This document shows, one piece after another, positions 1-9,102 of a stretch of 53,018 bases of DNA. The notes beneath the pieces were generated by a model that saw nothing but the letters and a program-made list of their open reading frames with translations, ran no database searches and was not told the origin of the DNA. Numbering within the stretch: position 1 is the stretch's first letter; every line of letters starts with the position of its first letter. The DNA is from Parcubacteria bacterium C7867-001 (GTDB taxonomy: Bacteria; Patescibacteriota; Minisyncoccia; Phycocordibacterales; Phycocordibacteraceae): positions 1 to 53,018 of the forward strand of contig LFCK01000003.1 in NCBI GenBank assembly GCA_001189095.1. The letters are read 5' to 3'. A program made the translations under genes and the position numbers.

Positions 1-1
1 T

Positions 2-3000
2 GGTGATGTTCAATCCTGACGTGATGCCGTTTGCAGTTGCGCTTGAAGTTGCGAACGTGATTGCGCCGGTCTGAGCAGAGCCGCCACCGGTCTGCTGAAT
101 AGAAGCTACCCCGTTATTAACCGACGATGTTGCGACCCACGTTGGTGTTCCGCCGACAAGAGCGAGCACGAAGCCGTTGGTTCCGGCTGAAGTCGTTGCA
201 ATTGATCCAGTTCCATTTCCATACACGACTGCCCCGCTCTGAATTTCTCCCCAACCGGTGCCACCGTTTGCAACCGGAAGAACACCCGAAACCTGCGAAG
301 CGAGCGCGAGCTGACCGCTGATGGTCGAGAGCGTCGTGGTTGCGACCCACGTTGGGACTCCTGAAACAAGCGCAAGAACTTGGCCGTTCGTGCCGGCGCT
401 TGTTGTTGCGAGAGCGCCCGTGCCGTTGCCGATGACGATGCTGTTTGCTTGGAATGCCGTCTGGCCAGTGCCGCCGTTTGCCGTCGGGAGCGTACCCATT
501 ACATCGGTCGTGAGATTCACGAGCGCTGTTGAAACAGCACCTGCAGTTGCTTTGAGGAATCCGTTGAGTGAACCGACCGAAAGATTTCCGAAGAAGGCGC
601 TCGTCGACGATGCGTACGCCGCGGAAATATTTGTTGTAGATGCGTTGAGTGTCGTGACCGTTCCGGTCGCCGTGATGTTCGCTCCAGAAATATCTCCCGA
701 GAAAAGACCTGCTCCTTGCACCGCGAGTTTAAAGAGCGTTGAAGCCGAGGTCGTTGCGATGCCGATAGTGTTCGAGAAGTACGAGCGGCCAACTACTTCA
801 AGAATGTTCGTGAGTGTAGATGTTGCGCTTGCGCCGACAATGATCACATCGGAGGTGTCGGTCGGATACACCGCAAGACTATCAGACGTAGTTGCCCACG
901 CGCCGGCACCACCGCCACCGCCCGAAGTGAGATCCGTTCCCCATGTCGGTACGCCGCCAGCGACCTTGAGAACGTTCCCTGCGCTTCCGATTGAGAGAAC
1001 CGTTAGGTTGCCTCCAGCATCAGCGTAGATGATATCGCCCGGATTGTATGCAGTAATACCCGTGCCGCCCTTACCCTGCGCGAGTGTTCCTGAAATCGTG
1101 GAGAGTGTGGTGGTGGACTGCCATGTTGGTACACCGTTCACAAGCGCAAGAACTTGGCCGTTCGTTCCGGCGCTCGTCGTTGCAAGCGCGCTCGTCCCGT
1201 TTCCATAGAGAACCGCACCACTCTGCACAGCAGCCCAACCGGTGCCGCCATTTGCGACCGGAAGCGTGCCGGTGACCTGCGACGCAAGATTGAGCGTTCC
1301 CGAAATTGTTGAGAGCGTCGTGGTTGCGGTCCATGTCGGTTTTCCATTGGAGAGCGCGAGCACAAAACCATTCGTTGTCGAAGCAACTTTCGCAAACGAC
1401 GTTGCGGTATCCGCGTAGAGGATGTCTCCCGGTGTGTAGGACGCGAATCCGGTACCACCGCCTGCTGCGGTAAGCGTTCCTGAAAGTGTTGGCGCGAACG
1501 TGAAGGCGCCCGAAGAGTTCGTGACGTTAAGACCGAGTGCAAGGCCGTTTGATGAAGCCGACGAAGTTGCGAAGGTTATTGCACCGGTCTGTGCTGAGCC
1601 GTAGGTCTGCGCGAGCGAAGTGAGACCCGTGTTCGTGATGACACCAGTCGATGAGTTGTAGTTGATGCCTGCGCCACCTGAAAGCGACGATGAGCTGATC
1701 TTGTCGTTGAACGTCGACCAGTCGCTTGCAATCAGGAGTCCGCGGTTGCTTGCACTTGCTGAAGGAAGATTGAACGTAATCGTATTTCCTGAACCAGTGA
1801 TGGTGAAGTCGGTTCCTGACGTCGAAGATGCAAACGTAATCGTTCCGCCCGTCTGCGTCTGTCCTGCTGGACCAATCGCGGTGATACCAGAACCACTGGT
1901 CGATATCGTCGTGCCGTCGAACGAAAGTCCTGAACCAATAGCGAGCGTACGGACCTGCGACGTTCCGTTGCCGACGAGGATTCCTGAGAGTGTTGTCGAG
2001 CCGGTACCACCGACCGCAACAGCGAGCGTTGAGCTTGAGACAAGGCGCGTGCCGTCGAAGATTACTGGCTGATTGGTTGAGAACGACGTTGCGTTCGTTC
2101 CGCCGTTTGCAATCGGAAGTGTGCCACTCACCTGCGAGGTAAGCGAAAGCGTTCCCGAAATTGTTGAGAGCGTTGTGGTTGCAACCCACGTCGGGACACC
2201 TGAAACGAGCGCAAGGACTTGGCCGTTCGTTCCTGCTGAAGTTGTTGCAAGTGCGCCCGTGCCGTTACCGAGGAGAATCGTGTTCGACTGAATGTTCGTC
2301 CAGCCCGTGCCGCCGTTTGCCGTTGGAAGCGTGCCGGTGACGTCAGAGGCGAGATTCACAAGCACTGTTGAAACGGCCCCTGCAGTTGCTTTGAGGAAGC
2401 CTGAGAACGAACCGACCGTGAGATTGTTTACAAACAGATTTGTCGAGGTTGCATTGGTCGTTGAAGCATTCGTTGCGAAGAAGTTCGTTGAGGTTGCGCT
2501 CGTGAACGTTGCGATGGTGAACGTGTTGCCGCTCGTAAAGACGTTCGTGCTGTACGTCTTTGGGATGGTCGAAGAAGCGGCGATGTATGAATTCACGCGT
2601 GCATCGGTGTAGTAGAGATTGCTGCCTTCCGTGAGATTCGTCGTCGACTTCGTGGTGATCCAGTAGTCAGCCGAGGTTGTGGAGTAGAAATCGCGCTGAG
2701 CCTTCCAGTAATCGGCCGAAGTGGTCGAGAACGCACTCAAATTCTGGATGGTAAGCCAGTAGTCTGCGGACGTCGTTGAGAAGAAGAACCCTTTGTTCAC
2801 TGTGTCGAGATACGACTGCACACGCGCGTTGGTGAAGTAAAGATTGCTGCCTTCCGCAAGTGCGGTAGTCGTTGTTGCGCTGAAGAACGAGTAGAACGGC
2901 ACGCCGAAGTTTGAAAGGTTCGAAGCGTTGAGATAGTAGCTGCCTTCCTGCCCATCAAACGTTCCCGTCCAGTCACCCGTCACCGACGCGAGGTAGTCAG

Positions 3001-5224
3001 TACCCGGTGTCGCCACTGAGACAACTCCCGTTGAAGAGCTTTTAAGAAGCCCACCAGCAGCATTTGAAATAGTGAGGTTCGAGGTGGATGCGGTGCCGAA
3101 GTATGCCGTTCCTGAGACGGTGATCGCTGTTGAGCTTGCGTACGGAAGATTTGAGGCGACTGAAGACGTTGCGATAAAGCGAGGCGCCGAGACGGTGTCA
3201 TACGCGGTGAGCGTGCCACGGAAGAGTGTGGTGCCGACAACTTCAAGAATATTTCCCGTCGTTGAAGTTGCGCTGCTGCCGATGATCACTACATTCGCAG
3301 TGTCAGTCGGATACACCGCAAGACTGTTTGAGGTCGTTGCCCACGCACCTGCACCGCCGCTTCCAAGAAGATCTGCGGCCCATGATGGAACCCCGCCCGA
3401 AACTTTAAGTACCTGTCCTGAAGAGCCGACGGGAAGTTTCGCAAGATTTCCAAGAGAGTCTGCGTAGAGAATATCTCCCACTGTGTACGAAGCGAATCCT
3501 GTACCTCCACTTGCTGCAGCAAGTGTTCCAACAAGCGTAAATGATCCACTGCTGGTAACTGGGCCGCCACTAAAGGTGAGACCGGTAGTTCCCCCAGAAA
3601 TATCGACCGAGGTAACCGAACCAGTACCGCCACCGCTTCCTCCAGCGCTTGGCCCATGACCATTCTCGACCTGTCGATCGAGGAACGCGCCGAGAAGTTC
3701 CTTCACACGGAAGTCGACATAGGCAGGAGTAACGCCGTCGAAGTAATTATTCGTAACGCCAGTTCGGACGACGGTCGTTCCCGGAGCAGCAATGACTGCG
3801 GACGTCGTGCTGCTTGTTACGCTCGAGGAGTGTGCTGGAACCGACTGCGGTGCGACCACCACCGTAGTGCGATGCGGGCTAAAGATATTTGCGATAGCTG
3901 TCGCTCCGTGCGCGAAGAAGTCGTGAATTGCGAAATAGGTCCACACCGCAATTGAGCGGGGAACTTCTATAACCGACACCGGCGCTGCAGCGAGTGTTTT
4001 TGCTGGTCGGGAGATCTTGATATCAGGAATTGCGGCTCCCAGAGATGAAGCGACAAATGTTCCGCTTCGACCAACGGAACCTGCAAGCGTACCGAGACGC
4101 TCCACGCCTTCCGCAGAGACTGAGGAGACGAGTGTCCCACTCTTCGCAACGATCTTTACGTGAGCATCAAATGCTGCTGCGAGAACTCCCGAAAATCCTG
4201 ACGCAATGTGATCCGCAGCAGTACCACCATCGACAGCCGCGTCGTACGCAAGAGAACCGAGTGAAGAAACCGAAGCGTAATATGCGCGAGAAGCGCGAGC
4301 GGGAATGGAGGCTACGATTCGCTCGATGGCGTCGCCAAGGGCATACGCAGCATGCACTGTAGCGTCTGGTGCACGCACAGCGGAATCGACATACGCGTAC
4401 GTAAATGCACTATGAGAAGCAAGAATAGATCGCGAAGCGTCTGCGAGCGAAACACCAAACTCAGTAGCGCCAGAGAGGAGTGTCGATGGCAGCGCTCCGA
4501 GCACATCGCGCATAGCAACACCCGCTTCGTAGCCAAGCACCCCTGCGTCGAAGGACACTCGTTCGTTTGTTCGAGAGGTAAGAGCAACTTCGCGAGTGAC
4601 CAATGCTTCGTACTCAGGAATCGAATTCCATTTCGAAGAAATCACGAGTGGCACAAACGAGAAGGAAGCATCATTCACGTTCGAACTGCCGGACGAAGCT
4701 GTATCTGCAAGAGAATGCATCTCGGTTGCGCGTTCACGCGCACTCGTAAACGCTGCATGCATGACGTCTGAGGCATTCGCAAGTTCTGCAATCGTGGATT
4801 CAGCAACGCGTGAGGTACTAAGAGCGACCGAAAGATATCCACCAGTCAAAACTGTGAGTAATGCGACCGCAAAAGCAGTGCCTCGAGCAGCGAATGAAAC
4901 GACCGACACCGGCTCAAAGGCCGGTGTTGGATTTTTCTCCGAAAGTGGAGCTAGTTTTTTTCGCAGTCTCCCGAGGGGATCTCGGGATTTTTTATACTCC
5001 CGTTCGAGATGTTCGGACCACGCCTGAGCATGTTCTTTTTTGCGAGTGTCCTGTTCGTCAGCAAACGCTTTGAGCGATTCTGCATCGACAAACCATGAGC
5101 GGCCGACCTGCGTTCCAAGAACTTTTCCAATGCGGCAGAGGCGCGCAATGTAGTCCGGATGATAACCAAAAAGCTCCGAAGCTTCTTTGGTCGAAAGGAG
5201 GTTTTTTTCAAAGATCGAAATCAT
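2..5224 (-). CDS. Giant (>1,740 aa; C-terminus lies beyond the window start) membrane-anchored surface protein: N-terminal excisionase/MerR-like HTH, one TM helix, then Gly/Thr/Ser-rich tail-fibre-like repeat modules
   Basis: Absent from the ORF track because no stop lies in the window. Manual translation from ATG at 5224 (MISIFEKNLLSTKEASELFGYHPDYIARLCRIGKVLGTQVGRSWFVD...) stays open to position 2, and no listed minus-strand ORF in 1-5224 uses this frame. Hydrophobic helix VSVVSFAARGTAFAVALLTVLTGGYLSVAL. Recurrent modules include GTLPxANGGTGW..GNGTGALATTSAGTNGQVLALVSGVPTWVATTTLSTISG, GGTGFASYTxGDILYAD..VLKVxGGVPSW, TEGSNLY(F/Y)TxARV and three tandem STTSADYW units. Confidence 0.8.
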   Translation of the reverse strand, partial: MISIFEKNLLSTKEASELFGYHPDYIARLCRIGKVLGTQVGRSWFVDAESLKAFADEQDTRKKEHAQAWSEHLEREYKKSRDPLGRLRKKLAPLSEKNPTPAFEPVSVVSFAARGTAFAVALLTVLTGGYLSVALSTSRVAESTIAELANASDVMHAAFTSARERATEMHSLADTASSGSSNVNDASFSFVPLVISSKWNSIPEYEALVTREVALTSRTNERVSFDAGVLGYEAGVAMRDVLGALPSTLLSGATEFGVSLADASRSILASHSAFTYAYVDSAVRAPDATVHAAYALGDAIERIVASIPARASRAYYASVSSLGSLAYDAAVDGGTAADHIASGFSGVLAAAFDAHVKIVAKSGTLVSSVSAEGVERLGTLAGSVGRSGTFVASSLGAAIPDIKISRPAKTLAAAPVSVIEVPRSIAVWTYFAIHDFFAHGATAIANIFSPHRTTVVVAPQSVPAHSSSVTSSTTSAVIAAPGTTVVRTGVTNNYFDGVTPAYVDFRVKELLGAFLDRQVENGHGPSAGGSGGGTGSVTSVDISGGTTGLTFSGGPVTSSGSFTLVGTLAAASGGTGFASYTVGDILYADSLGNLAKLPVGSSGQVLKVSGGVPSWAADLLGSGGAGAWATTSNSLAVYPTDTANVVIIGSSATSTTGNILEVVGTTLFRGTLTAYDTVSAPRFIATSSVASNLPYASSTAITVSGTAYFGTASTSNLTISNAAGGLLKSSSTGVVSVATPGTDYLASVTGDWTGTFDGQEGSYYLNASNLSNFGVPFYSFFSATTTTALAEGSNLYFTNARVQSYLDTVNKGFFFSTTSADYWLTIQNLSAFSTTSADYWKAQRDFYSTTSADYWITTKSTTNLTEGSNLYYTDARVNSYIAASSTIPKTYSTNVFTSGNTFTIATFTSATSTNFFATNASTTNATSTNLFVNNLTVGSFSGFLKATAGAVSTVLVNLASDVTGTLPTANGGTGWTNIQSNTILLGNGTGALATTSAGTNGQVLALVSGVPTWVATTTLSTISGTLSLTSQVSGTLPIANGGTNATSFSTNQPVIFDGTRLVSSSTLAVAVGGTGSTTLSGILVGNGTSQVRTLAIGSGLSFDGTTISTSGSGITAIGPAGQTQTGGTITFASSTSGTDFTITGSGNTITFNLPSASASNRGLLIASDWSTFNDKISSSSLSGGAGINYNSSTGVITNTGLTSLAQTYGSAQTGAITFATSSASSNGLALGLNVTNSSGAFTFAPTLSGTLTAAGGGTGFASYTPGDILYADTATSFAKVASTTNGFVLALSNGKPTWTATTTLSTISGTLNLASQVTGTLPVANGGTGWAAVQSGAVLYGNGTSALATTSAGTNGQVLALVNGVPTWQSTTTLSTISGTLAQGKGGTGITAYNPGDIIYADAGGNLTVLSIGSAGNVLKVAGGVPTWGTDLTSGGGGGAGAWATTSDSLAVYPTDTSDVIIVGASATSTLTNILEVVGRSYFSNTIGIATTSASTLFKLAVQGAGLFSGDISGANITATGTVTTLNASTTNISAAYASSTSAFFGNLSVGSLNGFLKATAGAVSTALVNLTTDVMGTLPTANGGTGQTAFQANSIVIGNGTGALATTSAGTNGQVLALVSGVPTWVATTTLSTISGQLALASQVSGVLPVANGGTGWGEIQSGAVVYGNGTGSIATTSAGTNGFVLALVGGTPTWVATSSVNNGVASIQQTGGGSAQTGAITFATSSATANGITSGLNIT

Positions 5225-5225
5225 G

Positions 5226-5237
5226 TCGGATATCCGA
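5226..5237. promoter_or_regulatory. Perfect 12-bp palindrome TCGGATATCCGA one nt upstream of the giant-ORF start codon (candidate operator or translation-control site)
   Basis: The sequence reads identically on both strands and sits where an SD would be. No GGAGG-type SD is present for this gene. Confidence 0.3.
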
Positions 5238-5625
5238 ATTAGCTATATTCTACCTAGTTTTTTCGGATTTACTCATGATTTGTTTGTGGATAAGATTACT
5301 GCTGTTTTTTTGCATGTAATTCAAGTCACATGAATCGATCGACCTGTTTGATTTCGTTGGTATCTAGAAATCCAAGAAAGCAACTTTGAGTTCTTACCGA
5401 CGATCTTTTTTTGAAGGGAACTGAGCTGCTGAAAATAACTATATAACTACAGGGTTTTTATGGTTTTTGCTCTAAAAGACTAAAAATCTGCACCGCGAGT
5501 ACTTTGAGGAAGTCTCCAAGGGACCCGTAAAGCAAAAAGGCGATCAGGTCTGAACCTAACCGCCTTCTTCTCTTCCCTGCTTGACCTCGTCTCGACGAGA
5601 CGAGATATACAATAATATATAGGTA

Positions 5626-6486
5626 TTATTTGCTTATCTCGGTGACTCCCCGTAGGCCATTGATCGCACTTGCGTCTACATTCTGTGCGTTAAGGTAGGA
5701 ATCTGCGCTTCCGGTCGCGATAAGTGTAAGGGCGATCACAACAAGACTGCATGCAATAAGAGTTGACTGGAGAACAACCGAACGCGCCCATAGCGAGGCT
5801 CTTTTCTTCCTAAGAGGACGCTCTTTAGTATCTCCCTGCCCGATACGTGCTTCTACGGTAGGCCGAGGAATGTCTTGAATGACTCCTGCAGGCTCGCTGT
5901 GGCGCTCGTATGTCCTGTGTAGAGGTACGTACTCCTCTTTTGCTGGCTCTTCTTCTGCATACTCCTCTTCCATAGGAGCTTCTTCGGCAATTTCTTCGTC
6001 GATGGACTCTTCTTTTGATTCTTCCTGGTACACTTCTTCAGAAATTGAATTCGAGGCGTTAAAACGCTCTTGGTCGAACCACTCTTTCCATATCGACTGC
6101 ATATCGGTAAAGCTACTTGAATCGTCTACAGGCTTATTTTGAGGCTCCTCGAGGGTCTCCTCTTCTTTTTTCTCTTCGAGCTCCGGTATAAGTGTGGCTT
6201 CTTCCGATGTATACGTCGCCGTTGGGATCATCACCTCATCTTCTTCTAGAATCGGGGTGCTTTCGAAACTATTACTCTCGTTTTCCTCGTTAATATCTGC
6301 CTCTTCTCCGCCAAATCGGTGTTCTTTGATGGAATCCTCGAGCACGTACCAGCTTCTGCCGACCAAACGAGCCTCAATTCTGCCTTCGCGACACAGCTGA
6401 CCTACATAGTCCTTAGCATAGCCAGTGATTTTAGCTGCTCGTTTTGAAGATATATATATCTTTCCATCAAGAGTTAGTTCATCCAT
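5626..6486 (-). CDS. HTH-domain protein with a long acidic (Glu-rich) linker and a C-terminal TM helix; its N-domain is paralogous to that of the giant ORF
   Basis: 286-aa ORF. N-terminus SSKRAAKITGYAKDYVGQLCREGRIEARLVGRSWYV aligns with the giant ORF N-terminus (shared S.K.A...GY..DY...LCR.G.....VGRSW.V). Glu/Asp-rich centre. C-terminal hydrophobic stretch VVLQSTLIACSLVVIALTLIATG. Confidence 0.7.
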   Translation of the reverse strand: MDELTLDGKIYISSKRAAKITGYAKDYVGQLCREGRIEARLVGRSWYVLEDSIKEHRFGGEEADINEENESNSFESTPILEEDEVMIPTATYTSEEATLIPELEEKKEEETLEEPQNKPVDDSSSFTDMQSIWKEWFDQERFNASNSISEEVYQEESKEESIDEEIAEEAPMEEEYAEEEPAKEEYVPLHRTYERHSEPAGVIQDIPRPTVEARIGQGDTKERPLRKKRASLWARSVVLQSTLIACSLVVIALTLIATGSADSYLNAQNVDASAINGLRGVTEISK

Positions 6487-6547
6487 GCTTTAAATATAAG
6501 CTATCTCGTCTTGTTTGCCCCATGTTATGCACACATTATAAATTACT

Positions 6548-6577
6548 AAAAAACGCCGGCTTGAGCGGCGTTTTTTA
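6548..6577 (-). terminator. Rho-independent terminator after gatB
   Basis: Hairpin AAAAAACGCCG-GCTTGAG-CGGCGTTTTTT. On the minus strand the stem is followed by a T6 run. Confidence 0.7.
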
Positions 6578-6589
6578 GCAAGAACGTGG

Positions 6590-7999
6590 CTACTTTACAA
6601 GTTCTTCGACGAGGAGTTCGCGTATGAGGGCTGGCTTCCCCGCCCCCTTGGTTGCCTTCATGGCCATGCCGATAAGGAACTGGAGCGAAGCCTCCTTTCC
6701 TGCTCGGTACTCCGCGGCGGCAGCTGGGTGCTCGACGATGACCCCTTGGATGCTTGCACGAAGAGCTTCTGGATCGGAGACCTGCGTTAGTCCCTTTTCC
6801 TTTGCGAGCGTCTCAGGTTCACCACCTTCTTCTAGAAGAACGAGGAGAATATCTTTTGCTCCACGTGAAGAAATGGTGTCTGCAGCAATCATGCGCACGA
6901 GCGTAGCGAATGCTCCGGAAGAAAGTTTTGATTCCGCACTTGGATTCTTCGCTAACCATCCGGCAACATCTGAAACGAAATAATTTGCTGCGATGAGCGC
7001 GAGCGCCGCATCATTTTGCAATTCAGAAAGAACCGTATCGAAAAATATTCCGCGCTCAATCGTTTCTGCAAGATACGCCGCATCGGAAGATTTGAGTCCA
7101 ATGTTTTCATAGCGCGCGCGCTTGTCCCATGGAAGTTCCGGAAGCGAGGTTTCGATGACCGTATTTGCAAATTCTGGAATCTCTGACGTAATGAGCTTGG
7201 GCAGATCCGGCTCTGGAAAATAGCGGTAATCGGCGCTCCCTTCTTTGAAGCGCTGGTGGAAGGTCTGCTGCTTGTTTTCGTCCCAGCCGCGAGTTTCCTG
7301 AACTATCGCCTCCCCTTTCTCAAGAGCCTCAACCTGACGCTTGATTTCGAAGTCAATGGCACGCTCGACCGAACGGAACGAGTTCAGGTTTTTTACTTCG
7401 ACTTTCGTACCGAACGTATCATCTTTCGATACTGAGATATTTGCTTCGATGCGCATTTCTCCTTTTTCAAGATTTGCTTCAGACGCACCAAGCGTACGGA
7501 GGAGCAACTGGAGTTCGCGCGCAAACTTCCCTGCCGTTTCCGCATCGTGAATGACCGGCTCGGTGACAAGCTCCATGAGTGGAACCCCGGCGCGATTGAA
7601 GTCGACGAGTGAGCCGTCTTTCGAGTGCGACGAGCGCGCTGTGTCTTCTTCAAGATGCACGCGAGTGATATCGACGCCCGAGAGCTTCCCGCCTGCAACA
7701 AGCGGATATTCGTATTGACTGATCTGATAACCCTTTGGGATATCCGGATAAAAGTAACTCTTGCGATCGAACTCTGTGTAATCGGCGAGCGTACCGTCAA
7801 CCGACGAGCCAACACGCAGCACGTGACGAACCGCTTCTTTGTTGATGGTCGGGAGTGTACCGGGGTGCGCAAGGCAAACTGGACAGACGTTCACATTCGG
7901 ATGCTCCTCATCCGGATTGTTCGCGGAATCGCAGAACATCTTGGTTCGCGTCTTAAGCTCGGCATGGATTTCAAGGCCAATAGTGGGGCGATATGCCAT
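6590..7999 (-). CDS. gatB: Asp/Glu-tRNA(Asn/Gln) amidotransferase subunit B
   Basis: 469 aa. The N-terminus MAYRPTIGLEIHAELKTRTKMFCDSAN...NVCPVCLAHPGTLP is the characteristic GatB signature, and the length is right. Confidence 0.93.
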   Translation of the reverse strand: MAYRPTIGLEIHAELKTRTKMFCDSANNPDEEHPNVNVCPVCLAHPGTLPTINKEAVRHVLRVGSSVDGTLADYTEFDRKSYFYPDIPKGYQISQYEYPLVAGGKLSGVDITRVHLEEDTARSSHSKDGSLVDFNRAGVPLMELVTEPVIHDAETAGKFARELQLLLRTLGASEANLEKGEMRIEANISVSKDDTFGTKVEVKNLNSFRSVERAIDFEIKRQVEALEKGEAIVQETRGWDENKQQTFHQRFKEGSADYRYFPEPDLPKLITSEIPEFANTVIETSLPELPWDKRARYENIGLKSSDAAYLAETIERGIFFDTVLSELQNDAALALIAANYFVSDVAGWLAKNPSAESKLSSGAFATLVRMIAADTISSRGAKDILLVLLEEGGEPETLAKEKGLTQVSDPEALRASIQGVIVEHPAAAAEYRAGKEASLQFLIGMAMKATKGAGKPALIRELLVEELVK

Positions 8000-8031
8000 T
8001 ACCCGAAGTCTATCGAATATGGCGAAAGTGT

Positions 8032-9003
8032 CTACTTGGCCGCAAGCGACTGAGCAAGCCTATCCGAGAAGCTTTTCATGAGAACGTCGTCGATAACCGA
8101 GAGTGGTACGACCTCCTTCCCTGCCTCCTTGGTGAGGGCTTCGAGCTTTTCTTTCTGCTCTTCGGGGGTCAAAACGTCGACTTTCGAGAGGACGACAAGC
8201 TCCTTTTTCTCGGGAAGCCCATGACCAAAAGCTTCAAGTTCCTTCCGTATGGCCCTATATGCTGCGACCACGTCTTCTTGTTCAGACGAGACAAGGTGTA
8301 CAAGGAATCCGGTCCTTTCCACGTGCCTGAGGAACTTAGAACCGAGACCTCGTCCATCCGAGGCGCCCTCAATAAGCCCCGGAATGTCGGCGAGCAGGTG
8401 GCCGTAGAAGTCCCCGAGGTGGGGGTCAAGGGTGGTGAACTCATAGCTCGCTACTTTTGAGCGGGCACGAGTGAGAGCATTGAGGAGCGAGGACTTACCC
8501 GCGTTCGGGAATCCTATAAACCCCGCTTCTGCGATGATCTTGAGGGTCAGATGGATATCCCCACCCTCCCCGACTCGACCGTCCGTTTGCTGGAACGGGT
8601 TCTGATTCGTAGAGCCTTTATAGTGCGCATTGCCGAACCCGCCGATGCCACCCTTGAAGGCAACGATCCGATCTCCTTCGGCAAGGAGTTCGAATGTCTC
8701 GCCATTTTCGAGCGTCGCGACCGTACCAACCGGAACCTTGAGTGTTGCTGGTTCGCCATCAGCGCCATGCTTGTTGTTCGGTCCTCCCGCCTCGCCATTT
8801 TCTGCGCGGAAGCGTTTATCGAAACGATAAGTTGCGAGCGCCGCGAGATCGCGGACGCCTTCAAGTACGACGTCACCGCCGCGCCCTCCGTCACCACCAA
8901 CAGGCCCGCCCTTAGCGGTCTCCTTTTGGCGCAACCAGCGAATGACGCCGTTGCCGCCCTTTCCGGCGTGCGCGGTTATGGTTACCTCATCGACAAATGC
9001 CAT
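8032..9003 (-). CDS. obg: Obg-family GTPase (short form)
   Basis: MAFVDEVTITAHAGKGGNGVIRWLRQKE..GGPVGGDGGRGGDV is the Obg fold. G1 motif GFPNAGKSSLLNA and DIPGLIEGAS are present. SD-like TAAGGTGA lies upstream. Confidence 0.9.
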   Translation of the reverse strand: MAFVDEVTITAHAGKGGNGVIRWLRQKETAKGGPVGGDGGRGGDVVLEGVRDLAALATYRFDKRFRAENGEAGGPNNKHGADGEPATLKVPVGTVATLENGETFELLAEGDRIVAFKGGIGGFGNAHYKGSTNQNPFQQTDGRVGEGGDIHLTLKIIAEAGFIGFPNAGKSSLLNALTRARSKVASYEFTTLDPHLGDFYGHLLADIPGLIEGASDGRGLGSKFLRHVERTGFLVHLVSSEQEDVVAAYRAIRKELEAFGHGLPEKKELVVLSKVDVLTPEEQKEKLEALTKEAGKEVVPLSVIDDVLMKSFSDRLAQSLAAK

Positions 9004-9102
9004 ATAAAGGTCACCTTAGCATACGAGGCTTGGTTTGACGCGTATACCTATTTCGTGCAGACTCGCCCTAGGTAGTTCCTATACAACACAGAAAGGAATC
9101 AC

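Noticed and set aside
321-3467. Plus-strand ORFs 321..1028 (235 aa), 1662..2072, 2073..2291, 2292..2612 and 3072..3467, plus several short minus-strand ORFs in other frames
   Set aside because: They lie antisense to or out of frame with the uninterrupted >1,740-codon minus-strand frame. Their Pro/Val/Ala-rich translations are the mirror of the Gly/Thr/Ala-rich repeats, and they have no SDs.
4951-5206. A7/T7 homopolymer tracts near the 5' end of the giant gene (5199-5205 and ~4955-4961) as phase-variation switches
   Set aside because: The tracts are short (7 nt), and nothing in a single sequence shows length variation. It is noted only as something to look at in population reads.
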